This document shows positions 19,158-28,029 of a stretch of DNA of 64,000 nucleotides, in pieces. Where the stretch lies: NCBI GenBank assembly GCA_045531135.1, contig JAZSDL010000026.1, forward strand, positions 28,300 to 92,299, in the 5' to 3' direction. The notes under the pieces are model-generated. The model ran no database searches. It saw nothing but the letters and a program-made list of their open reading frames with translations, and had not been told where the DNA came from. Numbering within the stretch: the stretch's first letter is position 1; each line of letters opens with the position of its first letter. The stretch comes from Eubacteriales bacterium. Lineage in GTDB: Bacteria; Bacillota; Clostridia; Oscillospirales; CAG-382. Made by a program: the position numbers and the translations under genes.

Positions 19158-19607
19158 ATGGGATTATTTAGCATTTTTAAACACCGTAATCAAAATTCAA
19201 AAAACACAAACAGCGAATTGACAATTTATGCACAAAAGATGTGTGCTACCGCCATTGAATATGCGCAAGAATTTGACAAGAACCTTGATTTTTCCGAAAA
19301 TAGCATTGTTGATTTAGAAGAAATATTGGATTGGTATTCAAAAGATATTGTAGTTTCCAAACCTACCGAAAATCAAATTTGGAGTATTGCAATTATATTT
19401 GGGTCTTATTTAGGCGAAACGCTTTTGAAAAATGGGCTTTCTGAAAAAGGATTTGTTTGGAAAACAGAAGAGTCATCTAACGTCCCATTGTTGATTAAAG
19501 ATGACGGTTTTTATATCACACCTAACGATAAGGTATACAAACGCTTAGTAAATGGTAGCGAGGATAACGTTATTTTCTTTTACCGATTTGCCAAAAATGA
19601 AATTTAA
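19158..19607 (+). CDS. hypothetical cytoplasmic protein
   Basis: 149-aa ORF. The start was moved to ATG 19158, which follows AAGAGGTG. A terminator follows the gene. I recognise no family with confidence. Confidence 0.6.
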   Translation: MGLFSIFKHRNQNSKNTNSELTIYAQKMCATAIEYAQEFDKNLDFSENSIVDLEEILDWYSKDIVVSKPTENQIWSIAIIFGSYLGETLLKNGLSEKGFVWKTEESSNVPLLIKDDGFYITPNDKVYKRLVNGSEDNVIFFYRFAKNEI

Positions 19608-19676
19608 TCCCCCGCTTTTACTGATCGTATCAAAAAATTGCTATACGTGAAAGCAAATAATCGCTTATATTAAAAG

Positions 19677-19706
19677 TCTCTCGTATTTCTATGAGAGATT
19701 TTTTTG
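19677..19706 (+). terminator. rho-independent terminator
   Basis: A 9-bp stem TCTCTCGTA/TATGAGAGA (one G-U pair) with loop TTTC, followed by a T8 run. Confidence 0.75.
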
Positions 19707-19743
19707 ATAAAACCAACTACAAATACGTTCGGCAAGATAGGAT

Positions 19744-20556
19744 TTATGCTTCAGCTTGTTGAATTCCGTAGAAGTGGATAACATTCATATCTTCTTCCAT
19801 ATCAAGTCCGTGGGAACCACAGCCGCCGTCAATATCATGACAACCGTGATCGGGGCAAAATCCGTAAAGTACGTTGTGTTTTGTACACTGTTTTTTTATT
19901 TTATCAATAAGCTTACAGTAAGTATCAAGATTTTGCTTTAATACTTTCATGCTTATATCTTCCTTAGTGCCGTTTTTATGCATTTCGCTGTCATAATCGC
20001 CGTTATAAACTACAATCAAATCGTATTTATCTTCGTCGATAAGCTCATATACTTTCTTGTTAACTTCTTCGACAGTATCGTAAATATAATAATCCATTTT
20101 TCTCTCTAAGAATATCATAGAGATACTGTCGCCCCTTGTTGAAACTATGGCAGCTTTCTTTTTTTCTTCAATAAATCTGTCGAATATAGTATCAACCGTC
20201 AGAACGGGCTTAACATACTTTTTAATGCCGTGAACTTCGGGCATAACGCCTGTATACATTGAAGCAATACATACAGGAGTAACAGATGGCATTACACTGA
20301 GCATAGGTACAGCCAAATCGGATGCAACTGCCGCCTCAGCGAAAAGATGAGTATAACTTTGATAGAGCCACAGGGCCACTGCGTCGGGGTTATATATCAC
20401 GGTACGGTCGATTTTATTTTCACCAAGCTTTTTGTTTGCCAAAGTCTTAATTAAAGGGTTGACTTTTTCATCGGTTTCGATTGTTTTCATTCCCATAAGG
20501 TCGAGAATGGTGGATTTAACCGAGGAAATACAAAGAGAATTGAATAAATCAGACAT
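19744..20556 (-). CDS. alkaline-phosphatase superfamily protein (type I phosphodiesterase/nucleotide pyrophosphatase-like)
   Basis: The nucleophile region MPSVTPVCIASMYTGVMPEVHGI resembles the PxxTxPxxxSxxTGxxPxxHGI pattern. The distal metal site reads CPDHGCHD. Confidence 0.7.
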   Translation of the reverse strand: MSDLFNSLCISSVKSTILDLMGMKTIETDEKVNPLIKTLANKKLGENKIDRTVIYNPDAVALWLYQSYTHLFAEAAVASDLAVPMLSVMPSVTPVCIASMYTGVMPEVHGIKKYVKPVLTVDTIFDRFIEEKKKAAIVSTRGDSISMIFLERKMDYYIYDTVEEVNKKVYELIDEDKYDLIVVYNGDYDSEMHKNGTKEDISMKVLKQNLDTYCKLIDKIKKQCTKHNVLYGFCPDHGCHDIDGGCGSHGLDMEEDMNVIHFYGIQQAEA

Positions 20557-20750
20557 ATAAGCACCTCATTTTGTTAGACCATGTATAAGAGAACACCCTA
20601 TGACGGAAACAAAGGACTTAGGGTGTTTTCCTCACAATAAACACACTTACTCTACCAATCCATTATCTGCCGGCGTATGGCATCGTAATCATATGCACCG
20701 TAACCAAGACTTACGGATAAATTATAATCGAAAATTTCATACTGAGCCGC

Positions 20751-22001
20751 TTAGAATTCTTCTTCGGTAACCTCAACTTTGGTATTATCGAGGTTGATAT
20801 AATATGTACACTCGTACTCTCCATCTTCATTAATATAACAGGATTCCTCCTGTGTGGCGGAAAACAGCAATTCAAAGCCACAATCCGACAAACTGTATAT
20901 TGTAACCGTATAGTAACCCATATTTCCGTTAAAATTATATACAAGCCCCTGCCGCGGAATATAACTCGCACCGCCCAATCTATTCAGATATGTATCGGCA
21001 ACTTTACCGGACTTATAGGAACAAACTGTGCAACCGGACGCCTCGCAGGAACCGCTGATAAAGAGCTCGGGAATATCATCCGAATCAATGTATACAAGAG
21101 TATACTCACTATATGTTTTTTCCGTTCCAAGAGATTCTATGTAATTTAAATAAGCTGTTTTCCAAGGAGCAACCTCCAACTCAACAGGATGCAAAATACC
21201 ATCAAATGGAGTAATGTACACGTCACCGTTGCGACCGGATTCGTTAATGATATATATGCGAGTAGTACCGCTTGGATCTGTAAATTCAAGTCCGTACATA
21301 GTTGCAATTCCCGGGAAAGAAACCGATGCTACCAAAGGCTTAGAGGTATCAAGCATGGAAACATGAAAAAGGTTTGGTTGTCTTATATAATCGTCAGTCG
21401 CATCAATCAAGAAGAACGAAACATCCAAAAGCGCGTTGTGAGCGCTTATAGATATTTCATATGCATAGTGGGAAGAATCCGCCTGACAATAGTGATAGTT
21501 TTGACTATTCAATAATTTTTCGCTCGCCCTTGCCACAGTGACGAGAGGCATATTATTAGATTCACTTTCAATAAGCGAAAGGTCAACCCAACCGGCACCC
21601 GACTTTAATTTTCCCCACAGGTTCCCTTCCGAATCATAAGCCGTCTCAATAATTGTGTAGGAGCCGGCTATTTCAACGGTACCTATAGAATAATTATCAT
21701 AACTCGGTCCATCATAGATAGGAAAATCAGAACGCAAAATCTTTACAAGCCGAGCGTTTTCAGACGGCTCATTATCATCGACCGATGTAGTTTCAGAATC
21801 CGAAAAATAATCGGATTCAGTTACACTTTCAACCGCACTTGAAGTATCAGAGTTCGAAATGCCGACTTTATTTGAAACATCCGCGAGATCATCTGTACCA
21901 ATGCTTTCGTTGATCAACATTTCTTCAATGAAATTCTCGCAAGCTGCAAATGTGCAAGCCATAATTATAGCCAAAAACAGCGTGAGTGTTTTTTTCATCA
22001 A
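20751..22001 (-). CDS. lipoprotein with SH3b-like domain, function unknown
   Basis: Signal peptide plus lipobox (IMACTFAAC), followed by a Ser/Asp-rich linker. An SH3b-like segment reads VKILRSDFPIYDGPS...GNLWGKLKSGAGWVDLSLI. The C-terminal domain is Cys-rich. Confidence 0.65.
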   Translation of the reverse strand: MMKKTLTLFLAIIMACTFAACENFIEEMLINESIGTDDLADVSNKVGISNSDTSSAVESVTESDYFSDSETTSVDDNEPSENARLVKILRSDFPIYDGPSYDNYSIGTVEIAGSYTIIETAYDSEGNLWGKLKSGAGWVDLSLIESESNNMPLVTVARASEKLLNSQNYHYCQADSSHYAYEISISAHNALLDVSFFLIDATDDYIRQPNLFHVSMLDTSKPLVASVSFPGIATMYGLEFTDPSGTTRIYIINESGRNGDVYITPFDGILHPVELEVAPWKTAYLNYIESLGTEKTYSEYTLVYIDSDDIPELFISGSCEASGCTVCSYKSGKVADTYLNRLGGASYIPRQGLVYNFNGNMGYYTVTIYSLSDCGFELLFSATQEESCYINEDGEYECTYYINLDNTKVEVTEEEF

Positions 22002-22107
22002 AATCCCCTCCCAAATTCATTTTTTATTATATCATTCTCGCATATAAAAAGCAAGTTTTTCTAATTTCGCCCTTATACACAACGTTCTGTGTTTTTTATG
22101 TATTCTA

Positions 22108-22135
22108 TTGAAATTTTTTTATAAATCGTTATAAT
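22108..22135 (+). promoter_or_regulatory. candidate sigma-A promoter upstream of the sugar transferase gene
   Basis: TTGAAA (22108-22113), 16 nt spacer, TATAAT (22130-22135). Confidence 0.55.
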
Positions 22136-22204
22136 GGAGTTATATAGTATAATTCATACCATTCGCAGAACGAAAGGAATACTTGCAATTCAAGTAAGTG
22201 CAAT

Positions 22205-22924
22205 ATGAATAACAACCTAACTAACAACACCAAGGAATACATATTCGAAGAAGAAATTCTTATAAAAAAAAGCAAAAGCATTTACAACCGCTTTTTTAAA
22301 CGACTAATTGATTTATTCCTTGCTCTGATAATTCTTATAACCATATCTCCTTTATATCTGATAATATCGGTGGCGATTGTCATCGAAACAGGATTCCCTA
22401 TCTTTTACAGAGCACCCCGCGGTGGATACAAAGGCAAAACATTTAGAATTTTCAAATTCCGCTCAATGGTTAAGGATGCCGATAAGATAGGCGGAGGAAC
22501 CACATCACTTAACGACAAGCGTATTACTAAAGTTGGATCTTTTCTCAGAAAAACCAAGCTTGACGAAATTCCGCAAATATTCAATATCATTTCCGGCTCA
22601 ATGAGTTTTATCGGTCCAAGACCGGAGCTTCTTAAATATACTGATGCATACGATGAAAAAGAAAAATACATATTGTCGGTACGCCCCGGCATAACAGACT
22701 ACAGTTCTTTGGAATTTATCAATCTAGATGAGATTGTGGGTAGCGAAAATGCTGATGAGATGTATGAAAAGTACGTGCTGAAATCCAAGAATCATCTTCG
22801 GCTGTTGTATGTCACAAGAGTTTCATTGAGAACAGATATTTACCTGTTTTCAGCTACAATTTGGAAGGTAATACAAAAAGCATTAAAGTTTATCTTTTGT
22901 AGTAATACCAAAAAGGATGTTTAA
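22205..22924 (+). CDS. small monotopic undecaprenyl-phosphate sugar phosphotransferase (bacterial sugar transferase family)
   Basis: KRLIDLFLALIILITISPLYLII is the re-entrant helix. Further motifs are FKFRSMV, DKRITKVGSFLRKTKLDEIPQ and GSMSFIGPRPE. No obvious RBS precedes ATG 22205, so the start is uncertain. Confidence 0.85.
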   Translation: MNNNLTNNTKEYIFEEEILIKKSKSIYNRFFKRLIDLFLALIILITISPLYLIISVAIVIETGFPIFYRAPRGGYKGKTFRIFKFRSMVKDADKIGGGTTSLNDKRITKVGSFLRKTKLDEIPQIFNIISGSMSFIGPRPELLKYTDAYDEKEKYILSVRPGITDYSSLEFINLDEIVGSENADEMYEKYVLKSKNHLRLLYVTRVSLRTDIYLFSATIWKVIQKALKFIFCSNTKKDV

Positions 22925-22926
22925 TA

Positions 22927-23880
22927 ATGGAGTATATAAAACTCAAGAATTCAGATATCACAGTATCCAGACTTTGTATGGGTGGTTGTCCCATGGGCGG
23001 TCACGGTTGGGGCACTGTACAGGAATCCGAACTAATCGAAGCCGTGAATATAGCGCTTGACAATGGTATTAATTTCTTTGATACTGCTGACACCTATGGT
23101 TTAGGACAATCCGAGATAACTCTCGGTAAAGCTCTCGGCAGACGTAGAAAAGACGCAATAATTGCCACAAAATTCGGTGTACGAGTTAGCAACGGTACAA
23201 CAAAATATGATAACAGTCCCGAGTGGATACGCCAAGCATTAATGGCAAGTCTTAACAGACTTGGTACCGACTACGTTGATTTATATCAGATTCACTACCG
23301 CGATGGAGTTACTCCTATCGGCGAAGTAATCGAAACACTTGTTGAACTAAAAAACAAAGGTTTGATCCGCGAATTCGGTTTATCAAATTTATTTTTAAAG
23401 GACATTGATGAACTCAAAGGATACGAGGGCACATTTATTAGTTTTCAAAACGAATATAGCTTAGCTTGCAGAAAAAACGAGGATGATATAGTAAGCATAA
23501 AAGATTCATTCAATATGTCGCCTTTAACCTGGGGAAGCTTAGGACAGGGTATTTTAACCGGTAAATACGATAAGAATTCTGTTTTTGGAGCAAACGACCG
23601 CAGAAGCCGCGATATTTATGTCAACTTTCACGGAGATAAACTCCTACACAATTTGGAAATCGTCGAGGTTTTAAAAAAACTTTCCATTAAATATGAGAAG
23701 ACGATACCTTCAATAGCGATCAGATATATATTAGATAAACTAAACGATTCGGTAGTAATTGCCGGAGCAAAAAATAAGGATCAAATATTATCAAACGCAG
23801 AGGCATTTAACTGGTTTTTATCAAAGGACGATATCGATCTTCTTGATAGAATATCAGATACACGATCTATAGAAAAATAG
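22927..23880 (+). CDS. aldo/keto reductase
   Basis: Motifs are GINFFDTADTYGLGQSE and IATKFG. LYQIHYRD matches the LYQIHxxD pattern. The gene starts 2 nt after the preceding stop. Confidence 0.9.
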   Translation: MEYIKLKNSDITVSRLCMGGCPMGGHGWGTVQESELIEAVNIALDNGINFFDTADTYGLGQSEITLGKALGRRRKDAIIATKFGVRVSNGTTKYDNSPEWIRQALMASLNRLGTDYVDLYQIHYRDGVTPIGEVIETLVELKNKGLIREFGLSNLFLKDIDELKGYEGTFISFQNEYSLACRKNEDDIVSIKDSFNMSPLTWGSLGQGILTGKYDKNSVFGANDRRSRDIYVNFHGDKLLHNLEIVEVLKKLSIKYEKTIPSIAIRYILDKLNDSVVIAGAKNKDQILSNAEAFNWFLSKDDIDLLDRISDTRSIEK

Positions 23881-23896
23881 TTTTACAAATACACAT

Positions 23897-23931
23897 AAAA
23901 AAGCACCCCGAATTAATCGGAGTGCTTTTTT
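23897..23931. terminator. bidirectional rho-independent terminator
   Basis: Stem AGCACCCCG/CGGAGTGCT with one mismatch and loop AATTAAT. An A6 run lies upstream and a T6 run downstream. It sits between convergent genes. Confidence 0.8.
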
Positions 23932-23940
23932 ATTACGTAA

Positions 23941-24279
23941 TTACGCGTTTGCCTTTGCAATAGCGTTGAGATCGCTCTGCATCATGAAGAAGTTAACGAT
24001 ACCAAGACCAACGAAACCGAGGATCAAGTAGAGCACGGAATTATCCTTGTGTGCAATACCCTTTGCTTCGCAACCTTCAGCAAGCTTCTTCTCTGCGAGA
24101 TAGAAACCAACAGGGCACAAGAACAAGAACAATAATATCTCGACAAGAGCGTTGTCGTTTTCATCTTTAACCGAAACTGCCTCTTTAGCCATGCATACAG
24201 CCCAGTAGATCATATAGATACCACAGGTTACGATGGAAAGAATAATTGCGGTAATAGGATTACGTTCCTTGATGTTCAT
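23941..24279 (-). CDS. DUF4234-type small membrane protein
   Basis: 112 aa. The N-terminal signature is ILSIVTCGIYMIYW and there are three TM helices. An AGGAGG RBS precedes the start. Confidence 0.7.
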   Translation of the reverse strand: MNIKERNPITAIILSIVTCGIYMIYWAVCMAKEAVSVKDENDNALVEILLFLFLCPVGFYLAEKKLAEGCEAKGIAHKDNSVLYLILGFVGLGIVNFFMMQSDLNAIAKANA

Positions 24280-24485
24280 TTGTTTTGCCTCCTACATTTA
24301 ATATGTTGATAATATATTAACACAATATATAGCGCTATGTCAAGTACATTATGACAATTTTTCGACTTTTTATGACATTTTGTTTTAATACCCCTGCTTT
24401 CGTTTTAAAATTCACTTGTGTAGACACAACTTATATGGTATAATCAACTCAAATCCTCAAAATAAACGTATATTAGGAACCAATA

Positions 24486-24899
24486 ATGTATAAAAACACC
24501 TCCCCTGCTGAACGTACGGTATATCTAATCAAACGAGTCGGTTTGATTGTCGGAATACTGCTGATTTACTATTTGTTCAATAAAATAACAAATTTAGGAA
24601 TCCCTTGTATTTTCAACACCCTAACAGGATATCACTGTGTTGGATGCGGTATTTCAAGAATGTTTATCGCTTTGTTTGATCTTGATTTCAAAGCCGCATC
24701 AAATGCCAACATATATGTTCTATGTTTGTTGCCTATTGCATTATTTGTCTTCACTTTTAAAGCATATCGATTTATTAAATACGGTATTACATCCGATCCT
24801 ATATGGTTGAATATTATATACATAGTACTTCTCATCTGCGGAATAATCTTCGGTATTTTGCGTAATTTACCTTCTTTTGGATTTCTTGCACCGCATTGA
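24486..24899 (+). CDS. DUF2752 domain membrane protein
   Basis: GIPCIFNTLTGYHCVGCGISRMF matches the CPxxxxTGxxCPGCGxTR-type signature. Three more TM helices follow. Confidence 0.75.
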   Translation: MYKNTSPAERTVYLIKRVGLIVGILLIYYLFNKITNLGIPCIFNTLTGYHCVGCGISRMFIALFDLDFKAASNANIYVLCLLPIALFVFTFKAYRFIKYGITSDPIWLNIIYIVLLICGIIFGILRNLPSFGFLAPH

Positions 24900-24934
24900 T
24901 CGCATTGCCGGATGTCGAATCATGTAATGATTTA

Positions 24935-24963
24935 TTGACATAAATCAAAATCTGTGTTATTAT
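24935..24963 (+). promoter_or_regulatory. candidate sigma-A promoter for the second DUF4234 gene
   Basis: TTGACA (24935-24940), 17 nt spacer, TATTAT (24958-24963). Confidence 0.55.
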
Positions 24964-25013
24964 GTTGCAAACATGTTGTGTATTCACACAACCAAAATGA
25001 AAGGAGAGTTACT

Positions 25014-25439
25014 ATGGATAACTCGGTTAATCGCGCCCCTGTCGGCCAGCTTGCTACAAACAAAGGTCTAATTAAGACGATTTTACTTTCAGCGGTCACT
25101 TTCGGTATTTATTCTCTCGTTGTAATGTCCTCTGTTTCAAACGATATTAACGTCGTTGCTTCCAGATACGACGGCAAAAAGACAATGCATTTCTGTTTAT
25201 TGGCTTTCGTTATCGCTCCTATTACGTTTGGTATCGGTTCTTTTGTTTGGTATCACAAGATTTCCAACCGTATCGGTGCGGAGCTTAATAGACGCGGCAT
25301 CAATTACAGTTTCAGTGCTGCCGATTTTTGGCTTTGGAACGTTGTTGGATCGATAATAATCGTTGGTCCGTTTATTTACCTTCACAAAATGTTCAAAGCG
25401 GTTAACCTTATGAACGAGAATTATAACATTAACGGTTAA
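25014..25439 (+). CDS. DUF4234-type membrane protein (paralog class of 23941..24279)
   Basis: The start was moved to ATG 25014, which follows AAAGGAG. The signature is ILLSAVTFGIYSLVVM, with TM helices. A terminator follows the gene. Confidence 0.7.
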   Translation: MDNSVNRAPVGQLATNKGLIKTILLSAVTFGIYSLVVMSSVSNDINVVASRYDGKKTMHFCLLAFVIAPITFGIGSFVWYHKISNRIGAELNRRGINYSFSAADFWLWNVVGSIIIVGPFIYLHKMFKAVNLMNENYNING

Positions 25440-25454
25440 TTTTATACATAAAAC

Positions 25455-25492
25455 ATTCCCTCCCCTTGGTTTTTCCAAGGGGAATTTTGTTT
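25455..25492 (+). terminator. rho-independent terminator
   Basis: Stem CCCCTTGG/CCAAGGGG with loop TTTTT, followed by AATTTTGTTT. Confidence 0.75.
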
Positions 25493-25512
25493 CACACGCT
25501 TACCCAAAAACA

Positions 25513-25541
25513 TTGACTTTGTATACAAATTATGTTAAAAT
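25513..25541 (+). promoter_or_regulatory. candidate sigma-A promoter for the HprK-like/CPBP/tadA... operon
   Basis: TTGACT (25513-25518), 17 nt spacer, TAAAAT (25536-25541). Confidence 0.55.
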
Positions 25542-25594
25542 GAGCATGAATATATAGATTTACCGAAATATTGTTTTGCGCTTTGAGGTTTTTT

Positions 25595-26293
25595 GTGTTT
25601 ACGATTGAAATCGCTAAATTACGAATATGCATTTATAACAAATATGACTTCGTCATGCGCATCTGCAACGATTACATTACAGAATCCGTTGATTGTGACT
25701 TTTCTGTTTCTATCTCTGATGAAGAATTGGATGTTGAGAGAAAAAGCTCGTCATCGTCTTTTTCCGACGGATTTGTGGAAAGCGTATGTATTTATCGCGC
25801 TATTGCACGCGAATTACCTAAATATGATGCCTTTGTACTCCACTCCGCAGCGGTCGAAAAGAATGGCGAAGCATTCTGCTTTTCCGCAAAAAGCGGTGTC
25901 GGCAAAACTACTCATGTGTCTTTATGGAACAATAATTTCCCCGACTGCAAAATCATAAACGGTGATAAACCGATCATCCGTTTTTTTGGAAACAAGCCCT
26001 ATGTTTGCGGTACCCCGTGGGGCGGAAAAGAAAATCTGCACACAAATATCATTGTTCCGTTACGAGCAATATGCTTTTTAAACCGTGCAGAAACAAATAC
26101 GATTAGCAGTATTACTACACACGAGGCACTAAATCTGATTTTAAATCAACTGTTTTTTGACCACAAGAATGCCGAAGATACAATGGTTCTTCTTAACAAA
26201 TTACTCGGTTCGGTAAATTTATGGAAACTAAACTGCAACATTTCGGATTTTGCGGCAAAACTATCGTATGAAACTATGAGCAGAGGATATTAA
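25595..26293 (+). CDS. HPr-kinase-C-terminal-like P-loop protein (HprK-related), function unknown
   Basis: LHSAAVEKNGEAFCFSAKSGVGKTTH is a P-loop in the HprK C-domain context. It is followed by INGDKP and GTPWGGK. The start is assigned to GTG 25595, 6 nt after GAGGT; the ORF track starts at TTG 25571. Confidence 0.6.
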   Translation: MFTIEIAKLRICIYNKYDFVMRICNDYITESVDCDFSVSISDEELDVERKSSSSSFSDGFVESVCIYRAIARELPKYDAFVLHSAAVEKNGEAFCFSAKSGVGKTTHVSLWNNNFPDCKIINGDKPIIRFFGNKPYVCGTPWGGKENLHTNIIVPLRAICFLNRAETNTISSITTHEALNLILNQLFFDHKNAEDTMVLLNKLLGSVNLWKLNCNISDFAAKLSYETMSRGY

Positions 26294-26294
26294 A

Positions 26295-27275
26295 ATGACA
26301 GATGATATCATACTACAAATAGAACGCGAACAGAAGAAGCGCATCGGAAAGGATGCAAGAAAAGCAATCTCTTTCGCATTAATTATTTGTACCCTTGTAT
26401 TTGTTTTTCAGTTATTGCCTTCGCTGGTTATAGGCATAGTTTTGTCTTTTCTCGGTCCATCCTTTACCTTAACCAATTTAGGATATATAATTATACAAAT
26501 TATTTCCTACTTCTTTTATATTTGCTGTCCGTTTGCTATTGGATATTTTCTTTACAAACTCATTAAGAATCCAAATCAAGTCCCTTTAATTAAAAGGCCG
26601 TCACCTAAAATGCCGTTTCTGTATTGTTTCGGCGCGCTGGGTTGTTGTTATATGGTTAATTTTATTTTTATAGTTCTGTTTCCCAAAATAACAGAACTGG
26701 GCCTTGATAATGATATTGTCGCAAACACGCCGCTCGAAATAGCATTGACTTTAGTGATGTATGCTGTTCTGCCCGCCATATTGGAGGAATGGGGTTTTCG
26801 TCATATTTTACTGAAAAATCTTCTCCCGTACGGAAAATGGGGCGCAATCATCGTTTCGGCAATTCTATTCGGTGTTGGTCATTTACACCCTTTGAGTGTT
26901 ATCAACGCAATTACGTTTGGTATTATTTTGGGCGTCATTTATGAATATACGGGCTCGATCAAATGGACAGTCTTTATACACTTTTTGAATAACGCCATAG
27001 CAACCATACCATCGCTCATACCCGAAGATTCGCCTTTTTTGATCATCTTTTCCCTCCTCTCATTCGGTATCATGGGCGTTGGAGTTATAGCTGTAATTTA
27101 TTATGCAATAAATGGATATAAGCGCAAAAAAATCACTCTTAAAAAAGCCGATTCTATCGGTTATAAACTTTCGATCCCCAAATTTATCAACCGATTGATT
27201 TTCAACTATGCTTTTATCCCTTATGCGGCGGTAGTTGCCTTTTTTATCTATATAGTTTTTGTGATTGAATTATGA
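26295..27275 (+). CDS. CPBP family intramembrane glutamic endopeptidase (CAAX protease/Abi family)
   Basis: Polytopic membrane protein. Motif 1 is PAILEEWGFRHIL (EExxxR), motif 2 is FGVGHL, and motif 3 is HFLNN. Confidence 0.85.
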   Translation: MTDDIILQIEREQKKRIGKDARKAISFALIICTLVFVFQLLPSLVIGIVLSFLGPSFTLTNLGYIIIQIISYFFYICCPFAIGYFLYKLIKNPNQVPLIKRPSPKMPFLYCFGALGCCYMVNFIFIVLFPKITELGLDNDIVANTPLEIALTLVMYAVLPAILEEWGFRHILLKNLLPYGKWGAIIVSAILFGVGHLHPLSVINAITFGIILGVIYEYTGSIKWTVFIHFLNNAIATIPSLIPEDSPFLIIFSLLSFGIMGVGVIAVIYYAINGYKRKKITLKKADSIGYKLSIPKFINRLIFNYAFIPYAAVVAFFIYIVFVIEL

Positions 27276-27742
27276 TAAAGGACGACATTTATTATATGAA
27301 GCACGCCATCTCGCGTGCAAAAGCGGCTGCGAAATGCGGAGAAGTTCCTATCGGTGCCGTAATAGTGAAAGACGACAAAATTATAGCTTCCGGCAGAAAT
27401 ATGCGTGAAGCAAAAAACAATGCGCTTAACCACGCAGAAATAATTGCAATTGACCGCGCATGTAAAAGAATTGGTGCTTGGCGATTGATCGATTGCACTT
27501 TATATGTTACAATGGAGCCCTGCCCTATGTGTGCAGGCGCCATTGTAAATTCACGCATCAAGCGTATTGTTTTCGGGTGCTATGATAAAAAAGCTGGCGC
27601 CTTGGGCAGCGTATTCAATTTGTCAGAATACCCATTAAATCACAAATACGAAGTAATTGGCGGCGTTATGGAAAAAGAGTGCGCGTCGCTTCTATCAAAC
27701 TTCTTTGCAGAATTGAGAAATAGACCGAAAGGAAAAGTATAA
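27272..27742 (+). CDS. tadA: tRNA adenosine(34) deaminase
   Basis: HAEIIAI and TMEPCPMCAGAI are the CDA zinc motifs. The start overlaps the CPBP stop (ATGA). Confidence 0.9.
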   Translation: MIKDDIYYMKHAISRAKAAAKCGEVPIGAVIVKDDKIIASGRNMREAKNNALNHAEIIAIDRACKRIGAWRLIDCTLYVTMEPCPMCAGAIVNSRIKRIVFGCYDKKAGALGSVFNLSEYPLNHKYEVIGGVMEKECASLLSNFFAELRNRPKGKV

Positions 27743-28017
27743 TGAAAACAAAAGCAGTTATTTCAGTAACCGGTAAAGATAACGTAGGAATAATCGCCAA
27801 AGTGAGCAACATGTGCGCAGATTACGGCGCAAATATCATTGACATATCTCAAACGGTGCTTCAAGACTATTTTGCAATGATCATGATTGTAGAAATAGAC
27901 GCTCTTACTCTTCCCTTCACCGAATTTGTTGACAAGGTTGCTGTATTGGGTAAAGAAAACGCGCTTGAAATACACGCGATGCACGAAGATATATTCGATT
28001 CTATGCACAAAATTTAA
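27742..28017 (+). CDS. ACT domain protein (UPF0237 family)
   Basis: 91 aa, reading AVISVTGKDNVGIIAKVSNMCADYGANIIDISQTVLQDYFAMIMIV. The start overlaps the tadA stop by 1 nt (TAATG). It is the usual partner of the UPF0210 gene that follows. Confidence 0.85.
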   Translation: MKTKAVISVTGKDNVGIIAKVSNMCADYGANIIDISQTVLQDYFAMIMIVEIDALTLPFTEFVDKVAVLGKENALEIHAMHEDIFDSMHKI

Positions 28018-28029
28018 CGGAGTCAATTG

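Noticed and set aside
18962-19174. A 70-aa ORF on the minus strand across the hairpin array.
   Set aside because: It runs through the inverted-repeat element and into the next gene's RBS. It has no Shine-Dalgarno sequence, and the repeat structure explains the sequence better.
25593-25958. A 121-aa alternative-frame ORF overlapping the start of the HprK-like gene.
   Set aside because: It is out of frame with the P-loop-containing ORF and has no motifs. The longer frame carries the conserved GVGKTT and GTPWGGK blocks.
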